Below, piece by piece: positions 47,843 to 57,897 of a stretch of DNA of 64,000 nucleotides. Origin of the DNA: an uncultured delta proteobacterium (GTDB taxonomy: Bacteria; Myxococcota; Myxococcia; Myxococcales; Myxococcaceae); assembly GCA_963713045.1 (NCBI GenBank), contig CAVQKE010000004.1:1120001-1184000 (forward strand), in the 5' to 3' direction. A program made the position numbers and the translations under genes. The notes beneath the pieces are model-generated. The model was not told where the DNA came from. It saw only the letters and a list, made by a program, of their open reading frames with translations, and did no database searches. Every line of letters starts with the position of its first letter. Positions within the stretch are counted from its first letter, which is position 1.

Positions 47843-49712
47843 ATGTCGGCTGCGCCTTCGCGCGTGCTTCCAGGTTTTCCCAGCGAGAATAAAGCGTCTC
47901 CAGTTCTTTCTGGACTGCTTCCTTTTCCTTCATCAGTTCATGAAGTCTGACATAATTGCTGGCGACACTCGGCTTGCTCATTTCTCTGTCTAGAGAAATG
48001 ATTCTGGCCTCCGCCAGCTCGATTTTGTCCGGCATTGATGTCAACTCACGCTTCTCCGCAGTTGACAGTTGCTGCCGCTCTCGGGCGCGTCTGTTATCTT
48101 CCGCTCCGGTTGTTGTCGTTTCATTTTGACGTTGTGCTTCTTTCGTCGGCCCATTCTTCTCGCTGCCTGCCTTCGCTTCGCTTTCGCCGACGAATCGATC
48201 CCAGACTCCTTCGCATTGCTCGTAATCGGCGAAGAATTCGGCTCTTCCCTGTCCATCTAGTGCCAGAATGCGATTGGAGACGGTGTCGAGCATCATGCGA
48301 TCGTGCGTGACAATGATGACGGCTCCTGGAAAATCCTCGAGGCTGTTTTCCAACACCTCTAATGATGGAATGTCGAGGTCGTTGGTTGGTTCATCGAGAA
48401 TGAGAACATCAGCCGGCTTGAGCATCAAGTTGGCGATCAGTATGCGCGCCTGTTCACCTCCGGAAAGGTAACTCACGGGCATGTCCAACTGATCTGGGCG
48501 GAAGAGAAACTTCTTCGCCCAGGTTGAAATATGCAAACTTCTGCCGCGATAAACGACCGCATCATTTTCTGCGCATAGTGATGCACGCAAGGTTTTCGAC
48601 TGATCGAGTTGTTCGCGATTCTGATCGAACAAGACGATTTTCAGATCTGCCGCGCGCTTGATCGTTCCTCTATCGGGCTCCAGTTCGCCGACGATCAGGC
48701 GCAACAATGTCGTTTTACCGCTGCCGTTCCTGCCGACCAAGCCAAGTTTGGCACCAGGGCAGAGTGTAAAACTGAGATTCGACACCAGCTTGTTTTCGCC
48801 GAATGATTTGCCGATTTCCTTCAGTGAAATGAGTTCCTTTGCCTGACGCCCGGACGCATCAAAGCCGATTTCAATCGCGGCCGCTTTCAAGGCGTTACGC
48901 GCTTTCACCTCCGCCAGTTCCTCCATCAGTTTGCCGGCCTCTTGGATCCGCCCCCGCGACTTGGTTTGTCTTGCTCGTGCACCACGCTGCAACCAGGCGA
49001 TCTCGCGCCGCACCTTGCTCGCTAATGCTTGCTGTAGATTGGCCTGGGCGCTCAATTGTTCATCACGAGCAAGAAGGAATTGGCTGTAGTTCCCTTTTAC
49101 ACTGATAAAACCCTGCGGGTAGGTTGGATTGAGTTCGATCATCCGGTTGACGACGGACTCCAGAAAAGCTCGATCGTGGCTAACAACCGCGAACGACAAT
49201 CGCGTGGATCTAAGCCAGTTCTCCAGCCACAATACACCTTCGAGATCGAGATGATTGGTCGGCTCGTCCAACAGCAGCAATTCCGGTTCCTGTACAAGGG
49301 CACAAGCTAAGGCAAGTCGTTTGCGCCAGCCACCAGATAAGGTGCCCGCCAGGGCCCGGCGATCTGGAAAACCCATTTGATGAAGAGTGGAATCTACCGA
49401 GGCGGCCCGCTCGTGATCCTCAAAAGGAGCCCTGGATGCAGCTTCTTCTACAATCGTCTGGATTGTTTGATCATCCGGAAATGATTCATCCTGCTCGACG
49501 TACGCAAGTCTCAGGTTTTTCCGTGATACCAACTGGCCTTGATCAGGACTTGTGATATTGGAAAGGATCTTGAGCAAGGTCGACTTGCCTGATCCATTAG
49601 GACCAATCAATCCCAGTCGATCGCCCTCTTCGATTCCGAACGAGATATCGGTGAACAGAGGGCGTGAGCTGTACGATTTGCCAATCGATTGACAGCTGAC
49701 AAGAATGCCCAT
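47841..49712 (-). CDS. uup: ABC-F family ATP-binding protein (Uup-like)
   Basis: Two ABC domains without TM segments (GPNGSGKST, GRNGSGKTT). Linker REIAWLQRGARARQTK. C-terminal coiled coil LSTAEKREL...YSRWENLE. Confidence 0.88.
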   Translation of the reverse strand: MGILVSCQSIGKSYSSRPLFTDISFGIEEGDRLGLIGPNGSGKSTLLKILSNITSPDQGQLVSRKNLRLAYVEQDESFPDDQTIQTIVEEAASRAPFEDHERAASVDSTLHQMGFPDRRALAGTLSGGWRKRLALACALVQEPELLLLDEPTNHLDLEGVLWLENWLRSTRLSFAVVSHDRAFLESVVNRMIELNPTYPQGFISVKGNYSQFLLARDEQLSAQANLQQALASKVRREIAWLQRGARARQTKSRGRIQEAGKLMEELAEVKARNALKAAAIEIGFDASGRQAKELISLKEIGKSFGENKLVSNLSFTLCPGAKLGLVGRNGSGKTTLLRLIVGELEPDRGTIKRAADLKIVLFDQNREQLDQSKTLRASLCAENDAVVYRGRSLHISTWAKKFLFRPDQLDMPVSYLSGGEQARILIANLMLKPADVLILDEPTNDLDIPSLEVLENSLEDFPGAVIIVTHDRMMLDTVSNRILALDGQGRAEFFADYEQCEGVWDRFVGESEAKAGSEKNGPTKEAQRQNETTTTGAEDNRRARERQQLSTAEKRELTSMPDKIELAEARIISLDREMSKPSVASNYVRLHELMKEKEAVQKELETLYSRWENLEARAKAQPT

Positions 49713-49777
49713 TATTTAAAGCGCTCCGTCGCCTGCGCTACGCTTGATCGCCGCGTAGACTCGCTCCAATCCGCACG

Positions 49778-50260
49778 CTACCTTGCCGAGTTCCGTTGGC
49801 GTGGTTCGTCCATTTTCTCAGACGCTCTCAAGGCGTCGATCATCTGCAGCAGTTCATGCGTCAATGGCGTCGATCGACGAGTCTTGCGATCGACAAGAAC
49901 CATCACTGAGTCTGATACTGAGCAACAGACATCATCTTTAAAGATCGCCTGGCCTAGTGAGAGTGAACTCTTGCCAACAGAAAGTATCCGCGTGCCCACT
50001 CTGACGCCGCCTGGATAGTGCATCTCCTGGACGAAGTCAATCGCCACTCTTGCCAATGTAAACAGTCTGCCACTCTGATCGGCGACAAGAAAAAGTCCTG
50101 CCGCAAAGTGACAACGACCCGATTCGAAAAGCGAGGCGTAGACTGCATTGTTGATATGACCGATCTGATCTGTGTCGCCGAAACGCAAAGTGACATCAGT
50201 CCAGTAATGATAGGACTGTTCCTCTGCAGCACCGGGCACTGATGTCTTCAGGCTGGGCAT
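49778..50260 (-). CDS. Acyl-CoA thioesterase (4HBT/FcbC hotdog fold)
   Basis: LRFGDTDQIGHINNAVYASLFESGR. Confidence 0.9.
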   Translation of the reverse strand: MPSLKTSVPGAAEEQSYHYWTDVTLRFGDTDQIGHINNAVYASLFESGRCHFAAGLFLVADQSGRLFTLARVAIDFVQEMHYPGGVRVGTRILSVGKSSLSLGQAIFKDDVCCSVSDSVMVLVDRKTRRSTPLTHELLQMIDALRASEKMDEPRQRNSAR

Positions 50261-50559
50261 CTGTGGTTGGCTCCTGGAAAAACACGATTATATAGCTCCG
50301 ATTGCCAGAGCTTTTGGGTGAATGGAACAGTCGTCAAGTATTGTTTTCTCTTTACAAGTCGGGCATCGGGATCTGGCAAGTTCTGGGGATTAAAACCCTA
50401 TTCCTTATCTATAAAGGATCGCTCAAATGGACGGCATTTTATCCGGAATACTTGTCCTGACTTCCCTTACGGCATTTTGCGGCTGAGTATGAGCAGGCTC
50501 CGGTGGGATTCTCGGAGGCAGACCGCTTTGCCAGATTAAAGGCGACCAATGAATAATAA

Positions 50560-50602
50560 CTAACTAGTTAGGCTTGACTTTATGCAGTTAGATTGTTATC
50601 TT
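50560..50602 (+). promoter_or_regulatory. sigma70 promoter sharing an 18-bp sequence with the ArsR promoter
   Basis: TTGACT (50574) - 17 bp - TATCTT (50597). CAGTTAGATTGTTATCTT is identical to 46485-46502. Palindrome CTAACTAGTTAG at 50560. Confidence 0.7.
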
Positions 50603-50634
50603 ACTAGGACAACAAGAAAGGGGGCTCGAAAAAG

Positions 50635-50955
50635 ATGAACGAGCACAGAAAAACAATCAAATCAATTCTGGTAAGTGGCATTGCGCTCCTTCTATTGCTT
50701 GCAGGAACCACAACTCCGGCTCAAGCGGTCATCAGTGACCCGCAGATGGCATTCCGTGTACAGAGCAGCCGCCGGTTCTTGCAATCGCAAGAGCAGCAAT
50801 TGCTAAGAGATATCGATAATCTGAACTATCAGTTGAAGGATGTTGATCCAAAATCGCCAACCAACACTGATATCAACCGGATCATCGACCAAAAATATAG
50901 AGATCTCAATCTCGTGCGATCGAATATCAAAGACATCGACCGGATTCTTCTCTAA
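50635..50955 (+). CDS. Small secreted helical hypothetical protein
   Basis: Signal peptide ending AQA and a coiled-coil-like mature part. Promoter upstream and hairpin downstream. Confidence 0.7.
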   Translation: MNEHRKTIKSILVSGIALLLLLAGTTTPAQAVISDPQMAFRVQSSRRFLQSQEQQLLRDIDNLNYQLKDVDPKSPTNTDINRIIDQKYRDLNLVRSNIKDIDRILL

Positions 50956-50984
50956 TCCTCTCCTCTCCACTCGCTAAGACGAAA

Positions 50985-51024
50985 TGATACTGGGTGCCTC
51001 AGCGCATCCAGTATCACTCGTTTC
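50985..51024. terminator. Hairpin between convergent genes, probable terminator
   Basis: TGATACTGGGTGC (50985-50997) pairs with GCATCCAGTATCA (51004-51016), with one G-U pair. Confidence 0.55.
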
Positions 51025-51074
51025 GGTCGCAAATTATTCGGGCTTGTAGATCCAGATTCTCCAGCTTACATCAC

Positions 51075-52028
51075 TTACTTCTCGACTGAGTTGTTCATGG
51101 CTAGGATGTCCCTCCAATAAGGACTATGAGCCGCTTCTGTCATCAGGTAATCCCAATAGTCGGCTTTTGCAGCTCTGGGTCCAGCCCAGGCACTGTTGAA
51201 GAATGCTCGCGCTTGTTTGGCGTTTCCCGAGTAATAGAGATCGAGCACCTCGGCGGCTAGCTCGGGCGGCACCTGGCCATGAAGTCGTTGGAACTCGGAC
51301 TTGATTGCTTTTCGCATCAGTTTTAGTTGTTTTCGGTCCGGTGCCGGCTTTTGCATTCCTTTGCAATCCAGTGTCAAGGCGCCGCTTTGGTAGGCGAGGA
51401 GAATCTCCGGCGCCACAGATCTCGCTCCTGAATAATCTGTAAAGCAGTCATTGGCCAGGATCTCATAGCAACCGGGGATATTGGTAGTTTGCATCTGAAT
51501 GCGTGCGTAGCCGTTGGCAATCGTGGCAAGCTTCTCTACTTTCCTGGAAAGACGAAATATCTCGTAGTCGAAGGTACCGTTTTCCTTCTGCCGTTCAACC
51601 ACTACTGCGGGGATGCCGTCGATAGCCAGATTGAAGAGATAGTTTCGTTTGCCGCGTCGGTCTCCCGGAGCATCTGCACAGGGAATGATTCTTTTGTCAT
51701 CATTGTTGTCGATGGGCACCGAGACGAGAGTCAACTTTTCTTCCGGTTTTGCTGTTTCTTTGAGCAACTCCTTTCCATCCCTTGCAAAAACGATGAACGC
51801 AGGATGTCGCTCGTTTGCAGCATATCTCTCTAGCGTCGTTGAACCGAGGAATATTTTGTCTTGCCCTTCTTCGATTGCACCTTCGGCGGCATAACCAGCC
51901 TCAGCATTGCTCACGCCGCACCCCGTGAGCGCGCACACCGCGAGGACGAACACCAGATAGACCCAGCACCAGAACTGCTCTCCGGGCAACCTTCTCAGGC
52001 GGTTTTGGGCGATTCGAAGCGATAACAT
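51075..52028 (-). CDS. Hypothetical lipoprotein
   Basis: Hydrophobic leader with lipobox LTGC. 317-aa ORF. Confidence 0.65.
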   Translation of the reverse strand: MLSLRIAQNRLRRLPGEQFWCWVYLVFVLAVCALTGCGVSNAEAGYAAEGAIEEGQDKIFLGSTTLERYAANERHPAFIVFARDGKELLKETAKPEEKLTLVSVPIDNNDDKRIIPCADAPGDRRGKRNYLFNLAIDGIPAVVVERQKENGTFDYEIFRLSRKVEKLATIANGYARIQMQTTNIPGCYEILANDCFTDYSGARSVAPEILLAYQSGALTLDCKGMQKPAPDRKQLKLMRKAIKSEFQRLHGQVPPELAAEVLDLYYSGNAKQARAFFNSAWAGPRAAKADYWDYLMTEAAHSPYWRDILAMNNSVEK

Positions 52029-52267
52029 GGTTGATCGGGCCTCAGTGAGAGCGAGATTGAGACGTGTTTATCCGCACGGATGCAGCGATGGCGGCCGTTG
52101 GCGTTGGCGGTGAGATGCGCATTTGCTCAGGCGATTCCGTCCTGAATCGTCCGCGCTTCTTTGATGACGAGATACTGTTTACCCATTACCAGAATAGCAA
52201 TGAGTTGTAATACGGTTGTAAAGGTGCAGCTAATTGCCTATAAAAGTTGGACCGTATAATGTAGTCG

Positions 52268-53419
52268 ATGCCGGAGGCGAAGGTTTGCATGCGGACAACC
52301 GAGAGTTTGCTTTTCCTTGCTACCTTCTGTGCGCTGCCATATTTAGCCAGAGAAGCCGACGCAGTTGAGTCAATGACCAAGACTGCGGCTCCGCCGATCG
52401 CCAGCACGGCCAGGAGTGCTGCCGGCTTCCTGCCCAAGGGCTGGTACATGGAGGCACACGCAGAGGGCGATCTCAACAAGGATGGTCTCAAGGATTCGGT
52501 GCTCGTAATGTCGGATACCGACCCTGCCATAGCGGCGAAAAGCGTCGGCGAGCGCAGGCTGTTGATCGCCCTGCGCGATGCCGACGGACTGCTGCACAAA
52601 TCCGCGGAGAGTGAATCGGCTGTCTCACTTCTCGGCAATCCGCCGCGAATTTCGATCAAGAACGACGTACTCGATCTGGAAGCGACGAACGAGAAAGGCA
52701 AAACTATATATAAGTATCAGCTTCGCAATGGACAATGGGACCTGATCGGATACACCCATGTTGAATACGACTCTGACACCACTCGTCCGCGTGAATCGAT
52801 AGACTTGAATCTTCTCACAGGAGACGTCGTTGCTGCATCGCGGCGCCGCGAGTATCACTCGAAACACTTTCTTGAGGTGCGGTCACCGTTGATCGACGGT
52901 GCTGAGTCCTGCGCTGCGGATTGGACCGCCCCCGCCGTTTGGCTCAATCCAAAATCACAACAGTGCCCGATTGTCGCCGTGCTTTCCGTACACAACAAGA
53001 ACACACTGTTCATTCGCAGTGAATTGGAAGGGGCTTACGATATTGCTGATGAGGATGTGGCTCTCCTCAACAGTAGCGGAGTGGTAGTTCCGGCGGTATC
53101 GAAGAAACGAACCACTTACGGTTACATTCTTGCCAGCTATGATCTGAGGTCGCTTGTGCCTGAGAGCGGAACCGATAACTCCGAGAGCCCGTCGGACGAG
53201 CCAAAGCGCGACGATCCTCTTTTGCTCCGATTAAGCGTTAAAGTCACGCCCTCGCACAGCGGTTGCAAGAAGACTTTTTCTACGGGCTCGAATGGTGATG
53301 CCGGCGCCATTCTGCTCACTAAACTGAAATCATTGCCGACGCTCATGGACATCGATGTGCGCAGTGGCGCTGCCATCCAACCGACATTTGCCGCCGGCGA
53401 CTGTGAACCGAAGAAATAG
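52268..53419 (+). CDS. Hypothetical secreted protein
   Basis: Signal-like N-terminus and GDLNKDGLKDSVLV (DxNxDG Ca-binding-like loop). Confidence 0.65.
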   Translation: MPEAKVCMRTTESLLFLATFCALPYLAREADAVESMTKTAAPPIASTARSAAGFLPKGWYMEAHAEGDLNKDGLKDSVLVMSDTDPAIAAKSVGERRLLIALRDADGLLHKSAESESAVSLLGNPPRISIKNDVLDLEATNEKGKTIYKYQLRNGQWDLIGYTHVEYDSDTTRPRESIDLNLLTGDVVAASRRREYHSKHFLEVRSPLIDGAESCAADWTAPAVWLNPKSQQCPIVAVLSVHNKNTLFIRSELEGAYDIADEDVALLNSSGVVVPAVSKKRTTYGYILASYDLRSLVPESGTDNSESPSDEPKRDDPLLLRLSVKVTPSHSGCKKTFSTGSNGDAGAILLTKLKSLPTLMDIDVRSGAAIQPTFAAGDCEPKK

Positions 53420-53917
53420 TTCCTACTGCCAGGATCGGCTCATGCCGCAAACGGGTGTCACCCATCACGGCAATAGTGCCCCAAAACATAATCACCACCC
53501 AGATTGCTCTGCGGTGGTGATTTTGCTACTGCCTGACTGCCCCTTGCGAATTGGGCTCAGTATTTATGCATGCTTCAGTCAGTCCTTCACACGCATCGGG
53601 CTTCTTGCTACTGTCTCCGAACAGCGCTGTCTGTCGTTTCCGCAATGCCCCTCGGCTCGCAGTGCTTAACTCATTTGGTAAGCACTCACCGTTGATGTAT
53701 TTAGTTTAGCCGATTTGGCATTATGCGCAAGTCCCCCAATGAGTATTTAAAGATCGTATTTTCGGATTGCAAGGAATAGCTCCTAGAGCCACTTTGTGAA
53801 TGTGATAAGCATTAACAAGCGCTCGATCAATTCACGGTGTGGCATTTGTAATTTTTGAATATGCTTTGCATGATTGACGCATATTGAAAAATCTACCTTT
53901 GGGACCAGTTCAACGTT

Positions 53918-54315
53918 GAAAACTGTACCGGTTGAAATCTGGAAACTGTACTCTGTACTGGTTGAAGTCTGAAGACTGTACTGGTTGAAGTCTGAAGACT
54001 GTACTGGTTGAAGTCTGAAAACTGTACCGGTAGAGATTTGGAAACTGTACCGGTTGAAGTCTGAAAACTGTGCCTATTGAAGTCTGAAAACTGTACCGGT
54101 AGAGATTTGGAAACTGTACCGGTTGAAGTCTGAAGACTGTACCGGTTGAAGTCTGAAAACTGTACCGGTAGAGATTTGGAAACTGTACCGGTTGAAGTCT
54201 GAAAACTGTGCCTATTGAAGTCTGAAAACTGTACCGGTAGAGATTTGGAAACTGTACCGGTTGAAGTCTGAAAACTGTGCCTGTTGAAATCTGAAAACTC
54301 TACCGGTTCACTTTT
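53918..54315. repeat. 23-bp tandem array, 17 units, with 69-bp higher-order periodicity
   Basis: Consensus GAAAACTGTACCGGTTGAAGTCT. The variant ending GGTAGAGATTT recurs at 54017, 54086, 54155 and 54224. Confidence 0.95.
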
Positions 54316-54336
54316 CAAAACTGTAGCGACATCGGT

Positions 54337-54882
54337 TCAGTTTTGGGGCCTGTCTAGGAACCAGCCTTTGGTTGTGGGGTTTGTTTTGAAAAACTGCAAG
54401 AGCAGGTTGGCGATCTTGGATTTTCCGCTCGGGCTTGGATGAGTGCCATCGTGGTCGCTGAAGTCAGATTTTTCGTAGAACAATCCGTCAGCTCTCTTGG
54501 TAGTGCCGTCTGCCCACAGGTATGGACCCCAAGCTAGCCACGGGGCTTGGAGTTCGCCGCGGGCGGCATCGAAGTTGAGATTCTTATTGCCTTTGATCTG
54601 TTCGTCGATCAACCATTTGACGGCAAAGCCGCTTTCATAGGCGAATGGTTCGGGGTTGAGCGTTGTTGTGGCATATCCGCCATAGCTGCGGCTGGAAACG
54701 AAACAGAGTTTGGCGTGTACGAATCGTTTGCCGATTATTCGTACGATCTCCTCCAACTCTTTTTCCAGGACTTGAGCGTGCTGAGGGAAAGGCAGATTTG
54801 GGTTGGCGTCGGCTTCCTTCAACCAGATGACTTGTACTTGAGCGCGGCTGGATTGAGCCATTACCCTGTCCTGCGCAGCCAT
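54337..54882 (-). CDS. C-terminal part of an SGNH-hydrolase-like hypothetical protein, probably 5' truncated
   Basis: VQVIWLK, SSRSYGGYA, WGPYLWADG and DGTHPS (DxxHP block). Confidence 0.6.
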   Translation of the reverse strand: MAAQDRVMAQSSRAQVQVIWLKEADANPNLPFPQHAQVLEKELEEIVRIIGKRFVHAKLCFVSSRSYGGYATTTLNPEPFAYESGFAVKWLIDEQIKGNKNLNFDAARGELQAPWLAWGPYLWADGTTKRADGLFYEKSDFSDHDGTHPSPSGKSKIANLLLQFFKTNPTTKGWFLDRPQN

Positions 54883-55085
54883 TCCGTCCGGCGCTCAGCT
54901 CAACCCGACCGAAACGATATGCACCTTACCGACGAACATCACCGGTGACGGCTCGATCGAGAACAGTTTCGAACCGTTACGTCAGTGCGGCATTTTAGTA
55001 GAGCATCTAAAGGCAATTGTAAATACCACGAAAGAACTATTAGTTGCGGCGTCCAGAGTCCTATCATGTTTGCCACATTTGTGCC

Positions 55086-56339
55086 ATGAAAGCGCAGTCG
55101 CCCATTGACGGGGCAACCTCCAATAAGGACATCAAAACGGGGACCCCAGCCTTCCGCCGCGTCACCCTGGCCCTGACCGCGGCAGGGTTCTCAACCTTCG
55201 CCGTGCTCTATTGCGTGCAGCCTCTGCTGCCGGTTTTCACCGCCAAGTTCCGCGTCAGCCCGGCCGAGAGCAGCCTGGCGCTGTCGCTGTCCACGGGTAT
55301 GCTCGGCATCGGCCTGCTCATTGCAGGTCCGCTCTCGGATGTGTGGGGACGCAAGCCAGTCATGGTGGGCTCGCTGTTCGCGTCGGCCCTCCTGACCCTC
55401 GTTGCCGCCGTCGAGCCGAGCTGGTCCGCCCTGCTCCTGATGCGCGCCTTGGCGGGCCTGACGCTCGGCGGGGTGCCGGCCGTGGCCATGGCCTACCTCA
55501 GCGAAGAGATGCACGCCGAAGCCATCGGGCTTGCAATGGGCCTCTACATCAGCGGAAACGCCCTAGGCGGCATGTCGGGCCGGCTGGTCACGGGTGCCGT
55601 GACCGATCTGTCCTCCTGGCGGGTGGCTATCGCCGCCGTCGGCGTGCTGGCCCTGCTCGCGGCTCTTGCGTTCTGGCACAGCCTGCCGCCATCGTCCAAC
55701 TTCGCGCCGCACGCACTACGGTGTCGCGAAATCCCGAGGTCCTTCCTCCACCACTTCGGCGATCCGGGCCTGCCGTGGCTGTTCGCCGAAGCCTTTCTGG
55801 TCATGGGCGGGTTCGTGACCCTCTACAACTACATCGGCTACCGGCTGCTTGCGCCGCCTTTCAACCTAAGCCAGACCGCCATTGGCGCCATCTTCATCGT
55901 TTACCTTGTCGGGAGCGCCAGTTCAGCCTGGGTCGGCCATTTGGCCGGACGGTTCGGACGGCGCAAGGTGCTCTGGCTCACAATCGTCGTCGCGATCGCT
56001 GGGGTCGGTTTGACCGTCTCGGATTGGCTTGTGGCCATCCTCGCCGGCATGGTGGTGGTCACGGTGGGCTTCTTCGGGGCGCATTCGGTGGCCAGCAGCT
56101 GGGTCGGGCGACGTGCGTTGCAGCACCGAGCGCAGGCCGCTTCGCTGTACCTGCTGCTCTACTACCTTGGGTCAAGCGTGCTCGGGACCGCGGGCGGATG
56201 GTTCTGGGCGCGGCAGGGGTGGCCCGGAGTCGCCGGCTTCGTGACAAGCTTGTTCGTGGTCGCTCTCCTGGTCGCGATCCGCCTAGCGGGCCTGCCGCCG
56301 CTCAAACCGGAGTCAAACAGCCCGCCGTTGGCACAGTAA
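55086..56339 (+). CDS. MFS transporter (YnfM-like)
   Basis: FAVLYCVQPLLP, GPLSDVWGRKPVM, AMAYLSEE, ASLYLLLYYLGSS. About 12 TM segments. Confidence 0.92.
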   Translation: MKAQSPIDGATSNKDIKTGTPAFRRVTLALTAAGFSTFAVLYCVQPLLPVFTAKFRVSPAESSLALSLSTGMLGIGLLIAGPLSDVWGRKPVMVGSLFASALLTLVAAVEPSWSALLLMRALAGLTLGGVPAVAMAYLSEEMHAEAIGLAMGLYISGNALGGMSGRLVTGAVTDLSSWRVAIAAVGVLALLAALAFWHSLPPSSNFAPHALRCREIPRSFLHHFGDPGLPWLFAEAFLVMGGFVTLYNYIGYRLLAPPFNLSQTAIGAIFIVYLVGSASSAWVGHLAGRFGRRKVLWLTIVVAIAGVGLTVSDWLVAILAGMVVVTVGFFGAHSVASSWVGRRALQHRAQAASLYLLLYYLGSSVLGTAGGWFWARQGWPGVAGFVTSLFVVALLVAIRLAGLPPLKPESNSPPLAQ

Positions 56340-56424
56340 GTAGAGAGCAGGAGATTCCGGGGGGTTACGCCGCTTTCTTGGCGGACCAGTTGCCCAGGGT
56401 CGGAGAGCGTCAAAAGGTCGGGGG

Positions 56425-56605
56425 TCAAGCCGCCTTGCGCTCTGGCTCCTGCGTTTGTGGTTGTGACCTGACTTTTGGATACCAACGGCGGAATAGATCG
56501 TCCAGATCCTCGTCGAGGACCCTCGTTCTTGTCTGCAGCAAAAGATGCGCTCCGCGCAGCGTCCATTGGATCTGCTGTTTTTTGACGAATCGTCTGCTGA
56601 CCACC
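56425..56605 (-). pseudogene. ISKra4 family transposase, C-terminal fragment
   Basis: VVSRRFVKKQQIQWTLRGAHLLLQTRTRVLDEDLDDLFRRWYP. Confidence 0.75.
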
Positions 56606-57114
56606 TTTGCCCAAACTGCCAAAAAATATCGGATAGCCCTCGATTTCTCCTCAATCCCATTTTCGGGAAAAGCCGAGCACTGCGCATTGAAGAAAAGGTG
56701 TGTCCTGTTGGGTAGATTCTCCAAATCTACGTAATCCGCTGCTCAACAGTCTGTTACATGAATTAATTGTATTCCATGTTTCTGCGTGGACACATGTTTT
56801 CTGGTCGAAAAGTTTGAAGCAAAATTGTGTATTAAGTGCGGGTTTGCAGAAAATATGTGTCCTTTGTCGGGGAGGGAAACCTTGACTGACTGGTCAAAAT
56901 TCGAATCCGAATTGCTTGTTCGTTTTTCCCGAAGGTGGTGCCGATGTCGCAGATCACGGCCACGTTCGCAACAGTGAAGAGTAAGGAGGCTGATCCATCA
57001 CTGCTGTTGTCCGAAGTCCGAATTCTGTGTACTTGTCGGATAAATTCAACCCGTTGTCCGTCTATGGTGGAAGGACCCGGGAATTGAAGAGTTTAAGTTG
57101 AAATAGTTCCCATT

Positions 57115-57615
57115 GTGGATCAAATCGAATTGAGATTCATCGAAGGGGGTGCTGAGTTGTTGGGCAAAATGCGGCCGCTCTGGGAGAAGCTTAACGATTT
57201 ACACGCGGAAAAATCTCCGCATTTCGCGGAAGTCTTTGCCAAGAGCACCTTTTTACAACGGAAGGCAGAACTGGAACACAAGGCAATAACAGGACAACTT
57301 TTCGTTATCTTAGCGGTTACAAAGATCGATGAATGCGCTGCCTATTGCGTCTGCTCGGTTGCCAATGATAGTTCCGGTTCCGGCACACACAAAGTAGGGG
57401 AGATTGACTCAATGTTCATCTTGGCACGGTATCGTAAGCAAGGAGTCGGCAGCAAATGCGTAAACAGGTGCATGGAATGGTTTGAAGAGAACGAGGCGGA
57501 AAAAATCATCGTCTTCGTTGGAGTTGGCAACGAGGAGGTACTTGAATTTTACAAGAACTTTGGGCTGCTACCGCGGGCGATCCGTCTTGAGCAAAAGAGG
57601 GTCTTAGAATCATGA
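57115..57615 (+). CDS. GNAT family N-acetyltransferase
   Basis: GEIDSMFILARYRKQGVGS and GNEEVLEFYKNFG. Confidence 0.88.
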   Translation: MDQIELRFIEGGAELLGKMRPLWEKLNDLHAEKSPHFAEVFAKSTFLQRKAELEHKAITGQLFVILAVTKIDECAAYCVCSVANDSSGSGTHKVGEIDSMFILARYRKQGVGSKCVNRCMEWFEENEAEKIIVFVGVGNEEVLEFYKNFGLLPRAIRLEQKRVLES

Positions 57616-57724
57616 TTTGCATTGAGGCTAGATCGAGAAATCGACTCTGATGTCCGACCCATAAAGAGGCCGGCAGCTATTCGTGACAGGAATATAGTCC
57701 GAAGTCTGAAATATGGTTACTTTT

Positions 57725-57897
57725 GGTGTTCCATGATGTTCGCCACTCCAGCCGAATGCATTCTGAAGGATTTCGTGGAGTTCGGCGATACTGGTTATGC
57801 TGACCACGAGCAGCCGCCGCCACACCAGCGGACTCACGCCGCAGAGCACTACGCGAAGTTGATAGATCGCAATGGACGATACCGAAGGTTCAGGCAT
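57725..57897 (-). pseudogene. Plasmid pRiA4b ORF-3 family protein, N-terminal fragment
   Basis: IYQLRVVLCGVSPLVWRRLLV...IAELHEILQNAFGWSGEH, after which similarity stops. Confidence 0.75.

Noticed and set aside
53918..54315. CRISPR array
   Set aside because: Units are contiguous with no unique spacers, and no cas genes are present in the window.
53893..54318. 141-aa minus-strand ORF with 23-aa repeats as a real gene
   Set aside because: The basic unit is 23 bp (not a multiple of 3) and nearly stop-free on that strand, so an ORF arises by chance. It has a TTG start with no clear RBS. Kept only as an alternative.
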